Source: a virus. From it: DNA of 64,000 nt. The first letter of the stretch is position 1; each line of letters starts with the position of its first letter. The notes under the pieces were generated by a model. That model did not search any database. It was not told where the DNA came from and saw only the letters and a program-made list of their open reading frames with translations. Location of the stretch: positions 64,001 to 128,000 of IMG/VR virus record IMGVR_UViG_3300022602_000029; one strand, given 5' to 3'. Below, in pieces: positions 20,194 to 30,091 of the stretch. Made by a program: the position numbers and the translations under genes.

Positions 20194-21819
20194 ATGCAAA
20201 TGATCAATGTACTACAGAGACTAGCAGAGCTAGATTCTAAAAATCCAAATGTAGCTAATCCATTAGCCGCTGGAAAGAAAGTCATGGAGGCTGATCAGAT
20301 GCCCCAACTTCCTGAACTTAAATCAGTTAATGAACTAAAAGCACTAAGTGGTTTAAAACCGGTAGCAGAATGCGGCATCATGGAACTAGGTGGCGGTGAG
20401 ATGATGAACGCACATCCCCGTCCTCCAGCAAGTTTCAGTATCAATGCCACAGCAGCCGATGGCGCTGAAGTCAGCAGTATGCTAAGTGATATTTTAAATC
20501 TCGCAGGCGTACATAAGGTAGGCGATGAGCACATGCCTGCTGTAGATGGTCCTCAAACATCTATGATACAGACAGCTCCTATGGCACACGGAATGGATGC
20601 TAAAGATGCTATGAGATCAGCGCTAGATAAAATGAATGCGCCCGGCGATGAAATGCATGATATGGATGAACCCGAAGACGGGGCCATGGACGATATGCCT
20701 ATGACAGACGAAGAAGAGATGCCTATGTCTACAGCTGGATTTGGAGATGCAGGCGGAGCCGGAGCCGCTGAACCAATGTCAGCTCAAGGGCTAGGTAGTG
20801 GCGGTACAGACAGTCCTGTTAGTTCTATGGCTGACGAAATACGCGACATGGCCGATAAGTTAAGTCAGATCGAAGACAAAGAAGACTTGCCAGGACTAGA
20901 CAAAGATCAAAAAGCAGACGAGGCCTACAACAACACTCCTGCTGATCCCACAAATGTTCCTCTAGGTAACTCCAACGATTTTTCTTATAATCCTAATATG
21001 GGAGCAGGCGCTTCACGACACGGATTAGGCACACAGCCTACCGCGATGGCCGAAGACCTAGAAGATCAACTATATTCAGAATATAAAAAGTTTGTTAGCG
21101 AAGCCAAAGCTGATTGCTGTTGCGAAGAGAAAGGCAAAAAAGCCTGTCCAGTACACGGTAAAAAAAAAGCTAACGAAGGCCTAAATCACAATCACGCAGG
21201 ACCTAAGATTGAACACGCCGATGTAGAAGCCTGCGTTAAGTGCGCAGAGACTATGGGCGTGGCTTTAGAACACGAAAACATGCAGGCACTACATGACTGC
21301 ATGGAAAGTTTCCCCAAGTTCCATAAACACATCACGAACAAGTATAACGAGTGCTGGGAAGATTTCCACACTAAATGCTGTGAACATTACCATAATAGAA
21401 ACGGCCATGAGATGATAGCTGACGAAGACCATACCGGACAAGCAGGAGTCGCAGGGCCTGGTATAATGGCAGGTGGTGGTGGCAGCTACGGCATGTATGA
21501 ATCTAAAAAGAAAAAAGGCGATGGCAATCTAGCTAACAACTATCCTCCCTATGACAAGGTAACACGCGGTGACGTTATCGCCGGTGCCAAAGGCCAAGAT
21601 CAAATGGGCGGTAAGAAAAAGACTAAAGAAGGCGATGATAAAAGTCTAAGTAAAGCTGCCAAGACAGTTAAGAAAGGTGCCCTACACAAACAAGAAGGTA
21701 TTCCACAAGACAAAAAGATTGGAACAGATAAACTGAAAAGTCTAAAGAAAAGAGGCACACCTTTAGAAAAAAAACGTGCTAACTTTGCCCTTAATATACA
21801 GGGCAAGGGTAAAAAATAA
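20194..21819 (+). CDS. Low-complexity acidic/Met-rich protein with a Cys/His-rich segment and a basic C-terminus (possible head-internal protein)
   Basis: 541-aa ORF in the packaging operon with a modular composition. Confidence 0.55.
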   Translation: MQMINVLQRLAELDSKNPNVANPLAAGKKVMEADQMPQLPELKSVNELKALSGLKPVAECGIMELGGGEMMNAHPRPPASFSINATAADGAEVSSMLSDILNLAGVHKVGDEHMPAVDGPQTSMIQTAPMAHGMDAKDAMRSALDKMNAPGDEMHDMDEPEDGAMDDMPMTDEEEMPMSTAGFGDAGGAGAAEPMSAQGLGSGGTDSPVSSMADEIRDMADKLSQIEDKEDLPGLDKDQKADEAYNNTPADPTNVPLGNSNDFSYNPNMGAGASRHGLGTQPTAMAEDLEDQLYSEYKKFVSEAKADCCCEEKGKKACPVHGKKKANEGLNHNHAGPKIEHADVEACVKCAETMGVALEHENMQALHDCMESFPKFHKHITNKYNECWEDFHTKCCEHYHNRNGHEMIADEDHTGQAGVAGPGIMAGGGGSYGMYESKKKKGDGNLANNYPPYDKVTRGDVIAGAKGQDQMGGKKKTKEGDDKSLSKAAKTVKKGALHKQEGIPQDKKIGTDKLKSLKKRGTPLEKKRANFALNIQGKGKK

Positions 21820-21831
21820 GCAGTATGACCC

Positions 21832-21858
21832 AATAGCCCCTTAGGGGGCTATTTTTTT
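21832..21858 (+). terminator. Intrinsic terminator
   Basis: AATAGCCCC-TTAG-GGGGCTATT stem followed by a T-tract. Confidence 0.85.
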
Positions 21859-21872
21859 CAGTAAATAAAAAT

Positions 21873-23462
21873 ATGACAACTAATAGATTTGATGGTAACC
21901 TAGTTAAAACTGCTCACAGTAAGCAAAAATATACCGAGCAGGATATAATTGATCTAGGCGCTTGTATGGATCCTATTACTGGTCCACATCATTTCCTTGA
22001 TAACTTTTTTTACATACAACATCCTACTAAAGGACGTTTACGATACGACGCATTTGAATATCAACGTAGGTTAATAGACAGTTATCACAATCATAGATTT
22101 AATGTAAACCTATTACCTCGCCAGACTGGTAAGACTACCACAGCGGCGGGCTATCTCTTATGGTATGCCATGTTCGTGCCAGATGCTACGATACTAATCG
22201 CCGCACACAAATATACAGGGGCCCAGGAGATCATGAGTAGGATACGGTTCGCCTATGAATTATGTCCTGATCATATACGTTGCGGAGTTACCAGTTATAA
22301 CAAACAGAGTATAGAGTTTGATAATGGAAGCCGTATCATAGCACAGACGACTACAGAAACAACAGGTCGAGGTTTGTCACTATCACTACTATATGCAGAT
22401 GAGTTTGCGTTCGTTCCGCCCAATGTGGCTACAGAATTCTGGACTTCGATATCACCTACCCTAGCTACTGGTGGTAAAGCTATCATCACATCTACTCCGA
22501 ACAGTGATGAAGATCAATTCGCTACAATCTGGAAAGAAGCAAATAAGCGTCTAGATGAATTCGGTAACACACAAGAAATAGGACGCAACGGTTTCTTCCC
22601 CTTTAAAGCGCATTGGAGGGAACATCCTGATAGAGACGACAAGTGGGCAGAAGAAGAACGAAGTCGAATCGGCGAAGAACGTTTCCGCCGTGAACACGAC
22701 TGCGAATTCTTGGTATTTGATGAAACACTAGTTAACAGTATTTGCCTAGCAGAACTTGAAGGAATCGAACCGATTTTGAAAATGGGACAGGTGCGTTGGT
22801 ATAAAGAAATCGATCCAAAATCCACCTATGTAGTAGCTCATGATCCTAGTCTCGGTACTGGAGGTAACTACGCAGGTATAGAAATATTTGAACTACCTAG
22901 CATGGAACAGGTAGGAGAATGGCAACATAATCTTACGCCAATACAACAACAAGTAAAGGTACTAAGAGAAATCTGCAAATATATAGATAACAAATGTCTA
23001 GAATCAGGGAAGAATGCCACTATCTATTTTAGCATAGAAAACAACACAGTAGGAGAAGCCGCATTGGTAGCTATCAACGAGATGGGAGAAGAAAGCATAC
23101 CGGGTATGTTCCTAAGCGAGCCTGTGAAAAGAGGACATGTGCGTAGATTCCGTAGAGGATTTAACACTACTCATAACAGTAAAATATCTGCCTGTAGCAA
23201 GGCCAAACAGTTGATAGAACAGGGAAAAATCAAGATCAACAGCAAGAGTCTTATATCAGAGCTTAAGACTTTTGTGGCCGCAGGTATAACTTTCAAAGCC
23301 AAAGATCAGCAATATGATGACTTGGTTTCAGCATTATTGTTGGCAGTGAGAATGATAGTTATGCTAGGTGACTGGGATCCTATAATCTATAATAAGATGG
23401 TCGAGGATGCCAAGATGGATGACTACGAAATGCCCATGCCTATCTACGTCAGCAGTTTTTAA
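21873..23462 (+). CDS. terL: Terminase large subunit (T4 gp17-like)
   Basis: Walker A PRQTGKT, Walker B LLYADE, ITSTPN, HDPS and DDLV motifs. Confidence 0.95.
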   Translation: MTTNRFDGNLVKTAHSKQKYTEQDIIDLGACMDPITGPHHFLDNFFYIQHPTKGRLRYDAFEYQRRLIDSYHNHRFNVNLLPRQTGKTTTAAGYLLWYAMFVPDATILIAAHKYTGAQEIMSRIRFAYELCPDHIRCGVTSYNKQSIEFDNGSRIIAQTTTETTGRGLSLSLLYADEFAFVPPNVATEFWTSISPTLATGGKAIITSTPNSDEDQFATIWKEANKRLDEFGNTQEIGRNGFFPFKAHWREHPDRDDKWAEEERSRIGEERFRREHDCEFLVFDETLVNSICLAELEGIEPILKMGQVRWYKEIDPKSTYVVAHDPSLGTGGNYAGIEIFELPSMEQVGEWQHNLTPIQQQVKVLREICKYIDNKCLESGKNATIYFSIENNTVGEAALVAINEMGEESIPGMFLSEPVKRGHVRRFRRGFNTTHNSKISACSKAKQLIEQGKIKINSKSLISELKTFVAAGITFKAKDQQYDDLVSALLLAVRMIVMLGDWDPIIYNKMVEDAKMDDYEMPMPIYVSSF

Positions 23463-23473
23463 TAAATATAGCT

Positions 23474-25378
23474 ATGAAAACTATCGAAATAATCAGCCAG
23501 GATTTGTTTGACAAAATCCGCAGTCGTTTTGAAAATCTCCAGATGGGGGATGAATCAGGCGAAGTCACTATGGACCCTCGCAAAGCTAGATTTTATGACT
23601 TTGATTTTACTATCGAAAGCCATAATCTAGGACGAGTCAGCATCAGTATCAATGAGTTAGGTACGCTTAAGATGTTTTATGGTAAGAGCATCTTAGAAGA
23701 TATAGATCCTATCAGCAAAGACTATTGGTACGATTTCCTAAGAGAAATGCGTAGTTTCGCTATGCGTAGATTATTGAGATTTGATACAAGAGACATAACG
23801 AAATCTAATCTAAACAAGGATGATTTCCAATATCTAGCAACCAATGGTAGCAAGGAAGAAAACATGAATGAATCACAGTTTAAGGGCGGTAGGATGACTA
23901 GCCATAGGATGTTAGAAAGAACCAAGCTAGTAATCAAACATAAAAAAGGTGTAGAAGAAGGACAACCTAGAGGAATGCCTAGCAACATCGCGGCTATCTT
24001 TATCGAGAATGAAGAAGGTGAGCGTTACAAATATCCATTCATACATACTGCCGGAGCCAAAGCTATGCAACGTCATGTAGCCAACGGCGGGCGTCCATAT
24101 GATGAATTAGGACGACACATCATAGACACCAGTAGCAAGATAGCTCAACTAAGTGCATTCCATAGACACATGGGCAGGCATGATCAACTTAATCAAGAGG
24201 TCCACGAAATAGCAGGTAAGACAGGCGCCAAACTAGAAAGCCTGCGCCAGCATATCAACTCTCTACATGGACAGAGAGGATATGAAGCTTTCGCCGAAAC
24301 ATTTGAACCCGTAGCCAATGGTTATTCTGAAGAGATAGATGATGTGACTATGGAAGATTATAAAAATAAATTTACAGTCAGCAGTTTCAGAGAAGATCTA
24401 GCACAATATTTTCCATTGATACACAGCATCATGCAGGAAGCCGGTACTATCGATCTAGAAGAATATGTCAATGAAGGAGACATCTGTGACGATTGTGAAC
24501 ATGATCCCTGTATCTGTAACAAAGACACAGTCAAAGAAAATGAGTTCGATATTTTCCGTAAATGGACCGAATCAGTAGCCGAAGGTGGTATAGAACCAGA
24601 TACGTTAGGTGAACTGGTTGAACTGTTAGGTAGCCAAGATCTAGCTCAAGTAGGAGTTGATGCCACTAGCACCATAGAAGCTCTGAAAGGTATAGGAATC
24701 GAAGATGATGAATTACAAAAAGATCTAGAAGCTATCGCTAAAAATAGTGACGGCCAAGCTAATCCTCAACATACCATATTGGCCTGGCTACAGAAGATAG
24801 ATCCCCAGGCGGCAGCAGAACTGGAACAAGGAGCACAACAACAGCCAGAGCCGGCTCCAGAAGCTCAACCTGCTCAACAACCAGATCCACAGCAGATGGC
24901 ACAGCAACAGATGCCAGTAGATCCTCAACAACAAATGCCTATGGCTGAATCTGAACAAGACGAAGACGAAATGCATGGGAAAGAACCTAAGTCTAAGGGT
25001 AAGACTGTTAGAGACTTAGCACATTGGTTAGGCGCTTTCTACAATAAAGCTTTCAAAGCTGAAGGGTTTAAAAGTCCTTGGAGGAAAGGTCCTACTGAAC
25101 TAGGAATCATGGCCGAAAAAGAATTTGGACCTCACCACGCACACCTAGTTAAAGAACTAATGGGTATGAAGGGCGGTGAAACTAAACTAGAACGTGCCGC
25201 ACGTAGAAGTCACGAGCGTAAACAAGAAATGGAAGGATCCGAAAGTGTGTTAGGACACAAGGACATAGAGCCAAAGATGGCTAGTGCCACACGCAAAGGT
25301 CAACCAGAAGCAGGGATGAAAATGTCAGAAGCAGGAGAGTTCGACGCTATCCTAAGGCTAGCAGGACTATCAAAATAA
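23474..25378 (+). CDS. Large hypothetical protein (probably virion-associated)
   Basis: 634-aa ORF behind a leaderless late promoter; Gln/Pro-rich linker; ends ILRLAGLSK. Confidence 0.65.
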   Translation: MKTIEIISQDLFDKIRSRFENLQMGDESGEVTMDPRKARFYDFDFTIESHNLGRVSISINELGTLKMFYGKSILEDIDPISKDYWYDFLREMRSFAMRRLLRFDTRDITKSNLNKDDFQYLATNGSKEENMNESQFKGGRMTSHRMLERTKLVIKHKKGVEEGQPRGMPSNIAAIFIENEEGERYKYPFIHTAGAKAMQRHVANGGRPYDELGRHIIDTSSKIAQLSAFHRHMGRHDQLNQEVHEIAGKTGAKLESLRQHINSLHGQRGYEAFAETFEPVANGYSEEIDDVTMEDYKNKFTVSSFREDLAQYFPLIHSIMQEAGTIDLEEYVNEGDICDDCEHDPCICNKDTVKENEFDIFRKWTESVAEGGIEPDTLGELVELLGSQDLAQVGVDATSTIEALKGIGIEDDELQKDLEAIAKNSDGQANPQHTILAWLQKIDPQAAAELEQGAQQQPEPAPEAQPAQQPDPQQMAQQQMPVDPQQQMPMAESEQDEDEMHGKEPKSKGKTVRDLAHWLGAFYNKAFKAEGFKSPWRKGPTELGIMAEKEFGPHHAHLVKELMGMKGGETKLERAARRSHERKQEMEGSESVLGHKDIEPKMASATRKGQPEAGMKMSEAGEFDAILRLAGLSK

Positions 25379-25398
25379 AACAACAAGGAATAGTTAAC

Positions 25399-25956
25399 AT
25401 GGATCCAAGATTTTTTAGAAAATATTCAGATTTGATCAAAGAAGCTGAACAGATGAACGAGCTTAGTCCAGATCTAATGCGCAGAGCAGCAGATGCGGCA
25501 ACCGCCAAGGCTGATAGACTAAAAGGTCCCGAAAATAAAGATGATAGACTAAAAGCCAGACGTCAGGAAGAAAAGTTTTATCAAGGGCAGGTTGATAGAT
25601 CTAATGCCAATCCAGAAGCTGGAACACAAGCAACAGCAAACGCTTATGCTGAAAAATTAAAACAAAATGGTTGGAATCAGATTACCAATCCTCGGCAAAT
25701 TCAACAGGCAGCTGCATCACTTGGGTGGGACAAATATAGTCAACCACCAGAAGGAGTAACATGGTTTACTCACTCGCAAAGCGGAGAGGCTGCATACATC
25801 GATCCTAAGAACGGTCAATTGGTTCGTTCAAGTAACACCCAGCAACGAGTGCGTCATTCGTTTGGAAATGCTAAAGGTATGCATCCAGCAGCAAGTGACT
25901 CGCAAAAATGGAATGCAAACAACCCCCCACAAAATATATTCCAACCGGGAAAATAA
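25399..25956 (+). CDS. Hypothetical protein with a capsid-targeting-like N-terminus
   Basis: Starts MDPRFFRKYSDLIKEAEQMNELSPD; AAGGA RBS. Confidence 0.6.
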   Translation: MDPRFFRKYSDLIKEAEQMNELSPDLMRRAADAATAKADRLKGPENKDDRLKARRQEEKFYQGQVDRSNANPEAGTQATANAYAEKLKQNGWNQITNPRQIQQAAASLGWDKYSQPPEGVTWFTHSQSGEAAYIDPKNGQLVRSSNTQQRVRHSFGNAKGMHPAASDSQKWNANNPPQNIFQPGK

Positions 25957-26101
25957 TTGGCAAAATAAAATCAAAATACAGCAGGTTAATTCTTGCGATG
26001 ATAAATAAAAGTGTGTATAGTTAACTATATGCACTTTTTCTTTTTTAGTCAGTTGGCTTTAAAAGAATGGCACATAAAATTAAACATTAAGGAAAAACAT
26101 T

Positions 26102-27082
26102 ATGGCAACTTTAGCAGAAATCAGAGCGAAACTTCAAGCATCTTCACAACAAAACACTGGCTCGGGTGGTGGAGACAACGCAATATACCCCCACTGGAAC
26201 ATTCAAGAAGGCACTAACGCTACCGTTAGATTCTTACCAGATGCGGATCCAAATAACACTTTCTTCTGGGTAGAACGTAACATGATCAAGTTACCGTTCG
26301 CCGGAGTAAAAGGTGATACAAACAGTAAACCAGTCGAAGTCCAAGTTCCATGCATGGAAATGTGGGGCGAGACATGTCCAATCTTAACTGAGGTGCGTCC
26401 TTGGTTTAAAGATAAAAGCCTAGAAGCTATGGGTCGTAAATATTGGAAAAAGAAATCATATCTATTCCAAGGTTTCGTAGTAGACAGCAGTCTACAAGAA
26501 GACAAAGTCCCAGAAAATCCAATCCGAAGATTTATTATTGGTAGTCAAATCTATAACATCATCAAGGCAGCTTTGCTAGATCCAGATTTCGCAGAACTGC
26601 CAACCGATTATGTACGTGGTACAGATTTCCGTATCACTAAAACATCAAAAGGTGGATATGCTGATTATTCAACATCAGTATGGGCACGTCGTGAACGTGC
26701 TCTAAGCGATGAGGAAAATGCAGCCATCAAACAGTATGGCGTGTTTGATCTCAAGAGTTTCTTACCAAAGAAACCAGGCGATGTAGAACTCAAAGTCATG
26801 AAAGAAATGTTTGAAGCATCAGTAGATGGTGAAGCATTTGATATGGACAAGTGGGGACAATACTTCAAACCAAATGGATATAACAATGCGAATAAACCAT
26901 CAGCATCAACTCCATCAGCGGCATCTGTGTCAAGCACACCAGCATCAGCAGATGAAGATGGCGACGACGAACCAGCAAGTGTGTCAACAGCACCTACAGC
27001 GCCAGCATCAACAACAGGCGACGCAGGCAGCAGAGCGCAAGACATCCTTGCGATGATCCGTAACCGTCAAAAAGCAGAATAA
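26102..27082 (+). CDS. gp32: Single-stranded DNA-binding protein (T4 gp32-like)
   Basis: ATVRFLPD, CMEMWGETCP, TSKGGYADYSTS; acidic low-complexity tail. Confidence 0.92.
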   Translation: MATLAEIRAKLQASSQQNTGSGGGDNAIYPHWNIQEGTNATVRFLPDADPNNTFFWVERNMIKLPFAGVKGDTNSKPVEVQVPCMEMWGETCPILTEVRPWFKDKSLEAMGRKYWKKKSYLFQGFVVDSSLQEDKVPENPIRRFIIGSQIYNIIKAALLDPDFAELPTDYVRGTDFRITKTSKGGYADYSTSVWARRERALSDEENAAIKQYGVFDLKSFLPKKPGDVELKVMKEMFEASVDGEAFDMDKWGQYFKPNGYNNANKPSASTPSAASVSSTPASADEDGDDEPASVSTAPTAPASTTGDAGSRAQDILAMIRNRQKAE

Positions 27083-27093
27083 GGAGATAGACC

Positions 27094-28152
27094 ATGGTAA
27101 AGAGCTTTGATATCTCAAAGTTCCGTAAGTCTATCACTAAAAGTATCGATGGCTTAGGAATTGGTTTCAATGATCCAACTGATTGGATTTCAACTGGCAA
27201 CTATGCCCTAAACTATCTTATCTCTGGGGACTTCTTTAAGGGGGTTCCCCTAGGTAAGGTTACAGTTTTTGCGGGCGAAAGTGGAGCAGGTAAGAGTTAT
27301 ATTTGTTCCGGCAATATTGTGCGTCATGCACAAGAACAAGGTATTTTTGTTATCCTTATTGACAGCGAAAATGCTTTAGATGAAGACTGGTTGAAAGCAT
27401 TGGGTGTCGACACTGGCGAACAAAAACTGCTTAAACTCAACATGGCGATGATTGACGATGTAGCAAAAACTATCCATGAGTTCATGAATGAATATAAAAC
27501 TATGGATGCTACAGATCGTCCAAAAGTTTTATTCGTCATCGATTCATTGGGTATGTTGTTGACTCCTACTGATATTAATCAGTTTGAAGCAGGTGATTTA
27601 AAAGGTGACATGGGTCGTAAGCCCAAGGCATTGACAGCACTTGTTCGTAACTGTGTAAACATGTTCGGTAGTTATAATGTTGGATTAGTTTGTACTAATC
27701 ACACATACGCAAGTCAAGACATGTTCGATCCAGATGATAAAATCTCAGGCGGTCAAGGATTTGTTTATGCGAGTAGTATCGTAGTTGCCATGAAAAAACT
27801 CAAACTCAAAGAGGATGAGGATGGTAATAAAATTAGTGATGTAGTAGGCATTAGATCAGCCTGTAAAGTCATGAAAACTCGGTATGCTAAACCTTTTGAA
27901 AGCGTCCAGGTCAAGATTCCATATTCGACTGGTATGAGCCCTACAAGTGGGCTGGTTGACATGTTTGAGAAGATGAATGTATTATCTAAAGTAGGAAACA
28001 AACTAGCCTACACCAATAAAGAAACTGGTGAAATAATGGCTGAATTCCGTAAAAATTGGACTGAAGACAAACTAAAGTTGATCATGCAACAATGGGATGA
28101 AAATTCAGTCAATCCAGTAACTACTGTCGAAGAGGAGGCTGAAGAAGCATAA
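27094..28152 (+). CDS. uvsX: RecA-like recombinase
   Basis: AGESGAGKS, DSENA, VIDSLG and SGG motifs. Confidence 0.95.
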   Translation: MVKSFDISKFRKSITKSIDGLGIGFNDPTDWISTGNYALNYLISGDFFKGVPLGKVTVFAGESGAGKSYICSGNIVRHAQEQGIFVILIDSENALDEDWLKALGVDTGEQKLLKLNMAMIDDVAKTIHEFMNEYKTMDATDRPKVLFVIDSLGMLLTPTDINQFEAGDLKGDMGRKPKALTALVRNCVNMFGSYNVGLVCTNHTYASQDMFDPDDKISGGQGFVYASSIVVAMKKLKLKEDEDGNKISDVVGIRSACKVMKTRYAKPFESVQVKIPYSTGMSPTSGLVDMFEKMNVLSKVGNKLAYTNKETGEIMAEFRKNWTEDKLKLIMQQWDENSVNPVTTVEEEAEEA

Positions 28153-28400
28153 TGGATGAAACATTAATCATGGAAATGTGGGATACGTTCAAAGAATATA
28201 TCCCTGAGAAAAACAAGGATATGGCCGCGACACAATATGTCGATTATCTTATCGGTAAGGACGTTGAGTCTAGTATCCTCGAAGGGTTGGTAGGATATGA
28301 TAATCATCTCGATGATGCCATCAAACAGGCGTTAGCTGAAGAAGGCTCTGATAGCGATGATTACGAAGAAGATGCTGACTACTACGAAGACGAGGACTAA
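28152..28400 (+). CDS. Small acidic hypothetical protein
   Basis: ORF coupled to uvsX by a TAATG overlap. Confidence 0.7.
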   Translation: MDETLIMEMWDTFKEYIPEKNKDMAATQYVDYLIGKDVESSILEGLVGYDNHLDDAIKQALAEEGSDSDDYEEDADYYEDED

Positions 28401-28859
28401 ATGGCCCAATGGTATGCCAAGGTTAGCCAGGACATATCACATCTCCCGAGCTGTATCGATTATTTCTATAAAGAACTAGCAGACGCCAAGGGTGAAACTA
28501 AGATTTACGGAAATATCGAAAAAGCTAGCTCAATATTACCAGGAATAGTTGAACATCGATTTAACCAGCTTCAAGAGATTGAAGCTGTGTTAGAGTATCT
28601 AAACATAGAACTTAGACGTGTTCGATCAAAGACATTTAAAAAATATCTTGAGAACTATCAAAGGTCATTAAGCTCAAGAGATGTTGAAAAATATGTCGAC
28701 GGCGAAGCAGATGTAGTTGATATGGAAAAGATTATCAACGAATTCGCTCTATTACGTAATCAGTGGTTAGGCATAGTCAAAGGTCTTGACATTAAACAAT
28801 GGCAACTTTCAAACATAATCAAACTTAGGACTGCGGGTCTAGAAGACGCATCATTATAA
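28401..28859 (+). CDS. uvsY: Recombination mediator
   Basis: Helical protein with DVEKYVDGE and LDIKQWQLSNIIKLRTAG; uvsX-uvsW synteny. Confidence 0.8.
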   Translation: MAQWYAKVSQDISHLPSCIDYFYKELADAKGETKIYGNIEKASSILPGIVEHRFNQLQEIEAVLEYLNIELRRVRSKTFKKYLENYQRSLSSRDVEKYVDGEADVVDMEKIINEFALLRNQWLGIVKGLDIKQWQLSNIIKLRTAGLEDASL

Positions 28860-30091
28860 TGTATATCGAAGACATGATTTTCTATTGTGTAGGTCTGCAT
28901 GGAAACAAGTTGATTCCTGCGCCTCATTTTTTCACGACTAAAGAAAAATCTTTGATATCAAGTTTTTTCACACAGGTTTCTGCCGGTAATAGCCTCACTG
29001 AAAAACAAGCAATAGTCATTGAAAATATATTTAAATCACATGTTTTAGAAATTACCAGGTATATAGGAGTTGATGTAACTCAATATCTTACATCTCCACA
29101 ATATAGGCTAGGAAAACGGTCTAGCTCAACTTCTCGATCATGCAGAATGATACTAGACGACGATGGGATTAGGAAAATCGCCTTAGAATTTCCATATGAT
29201 GAAAAGTTAATAGAAAATATTAAAAAAATACGTGTCTCTATGTCGGAAGAAACCGGAATAGTTTCTAAAAATCACGTGGTTTGGGATAATGCCAAGCGTA
29301 TATGGAAATGTAGAGTGACCGAATATATACTTTCTTGGATAAATCAAAATATTGTCAATGATAATTTTGTTATTGACGAAGAAATTAAAAATCTGTTGGA
29401 AGAAGTAAGAAATATTGAACAAAACGTCGAGGAATATTTTCCTATAGTCGTGTTTGAGGAAGGAAATTTCAAATATCTCAACACACATAAAAATATTCCA
29501 CAACCTAAGAGTAATCATTTGTTAGAAGTGCTGTTCGAGGCGAAAAAATATGGTATAGACACATGGAGTGAAGATATTGATCTGGCTCTTCAAGATATTT
29601 CTATCAAAAGTTTTACGAGATCATTTTTGAAATCACAAAATCTCATCAAACATACTACTACTTTTTCAATCGACGGTACGATCGTAGATTTCTCGCAACT
29701 AGAAGATGTGATAAGATATAACGGAACGATACTAGGAGTCATTCCTGCTGGAGATGAATATAAATCTTTACGTGCGTTCTATCTAGAGATGAGAAATTTA
29801 GGATATCATGACGATGAAATGTGTGCCCTGTTTAGGGTAGACAATGAAAAAGGAAAAATCACCAATGATTTTATCAAGGAGCATTCTTTGAATAATCCTA
29901 TATCAGAAAAAATCAAGATTTTTTTCGTTAGTACAAAGATGCCTAAACCATTGATAAAAAATCAGATAAAAATAGGTACCGTTATTACCCTAGGATCTAT
30001 TAATGCCCATCATAGCCTGAGAAATTTTATTAACCATCATCACAATGTGTTAACATATAAGATGAAATTAGAAAAAAATGCCAACTTGTAA
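28859..30091 (+). CDS. Hypothetical protein
   Basis: 410-aa ORF between uvsY and uvsW; AT-rich. Confidence 0.7.
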   Translation: MYIEDMIFYCVGLHGNKLIPAPHFFTTKEKSLISSFFTQVSAGNSLTEKQAIVIENIFKSHVLEITRYIGVDVTQYLTSPQYRLGKRSSSTSRSCRMILDDDGIRKIALEFPYDEKLIENIKKIRVSMSEETGIVSKNHVVWDNAKRIWKCRVTEYILSWINQNIVNDNFVIDEEIKNLLEEVRNIEQNVEEYFPIVVFEEGNFKYLNTHKNIPQPKSNHLLEVLFEAKKYGIDTWSEDIDLALQDISIKSFTRSFLKSQNLIKHTTTFSIDGTIVDFSQLEDVIRYNGTILGVIPAGDEYKSLRAFYLEMRNLGYHDDEMCALFRVDNEKGKITNDFIKEHSLNNPISEKIKIFFVSTKMPKPLIKNQIKIGTVITLGSINAHHSLRNFINHHHNVLTYKMKLEKNANL

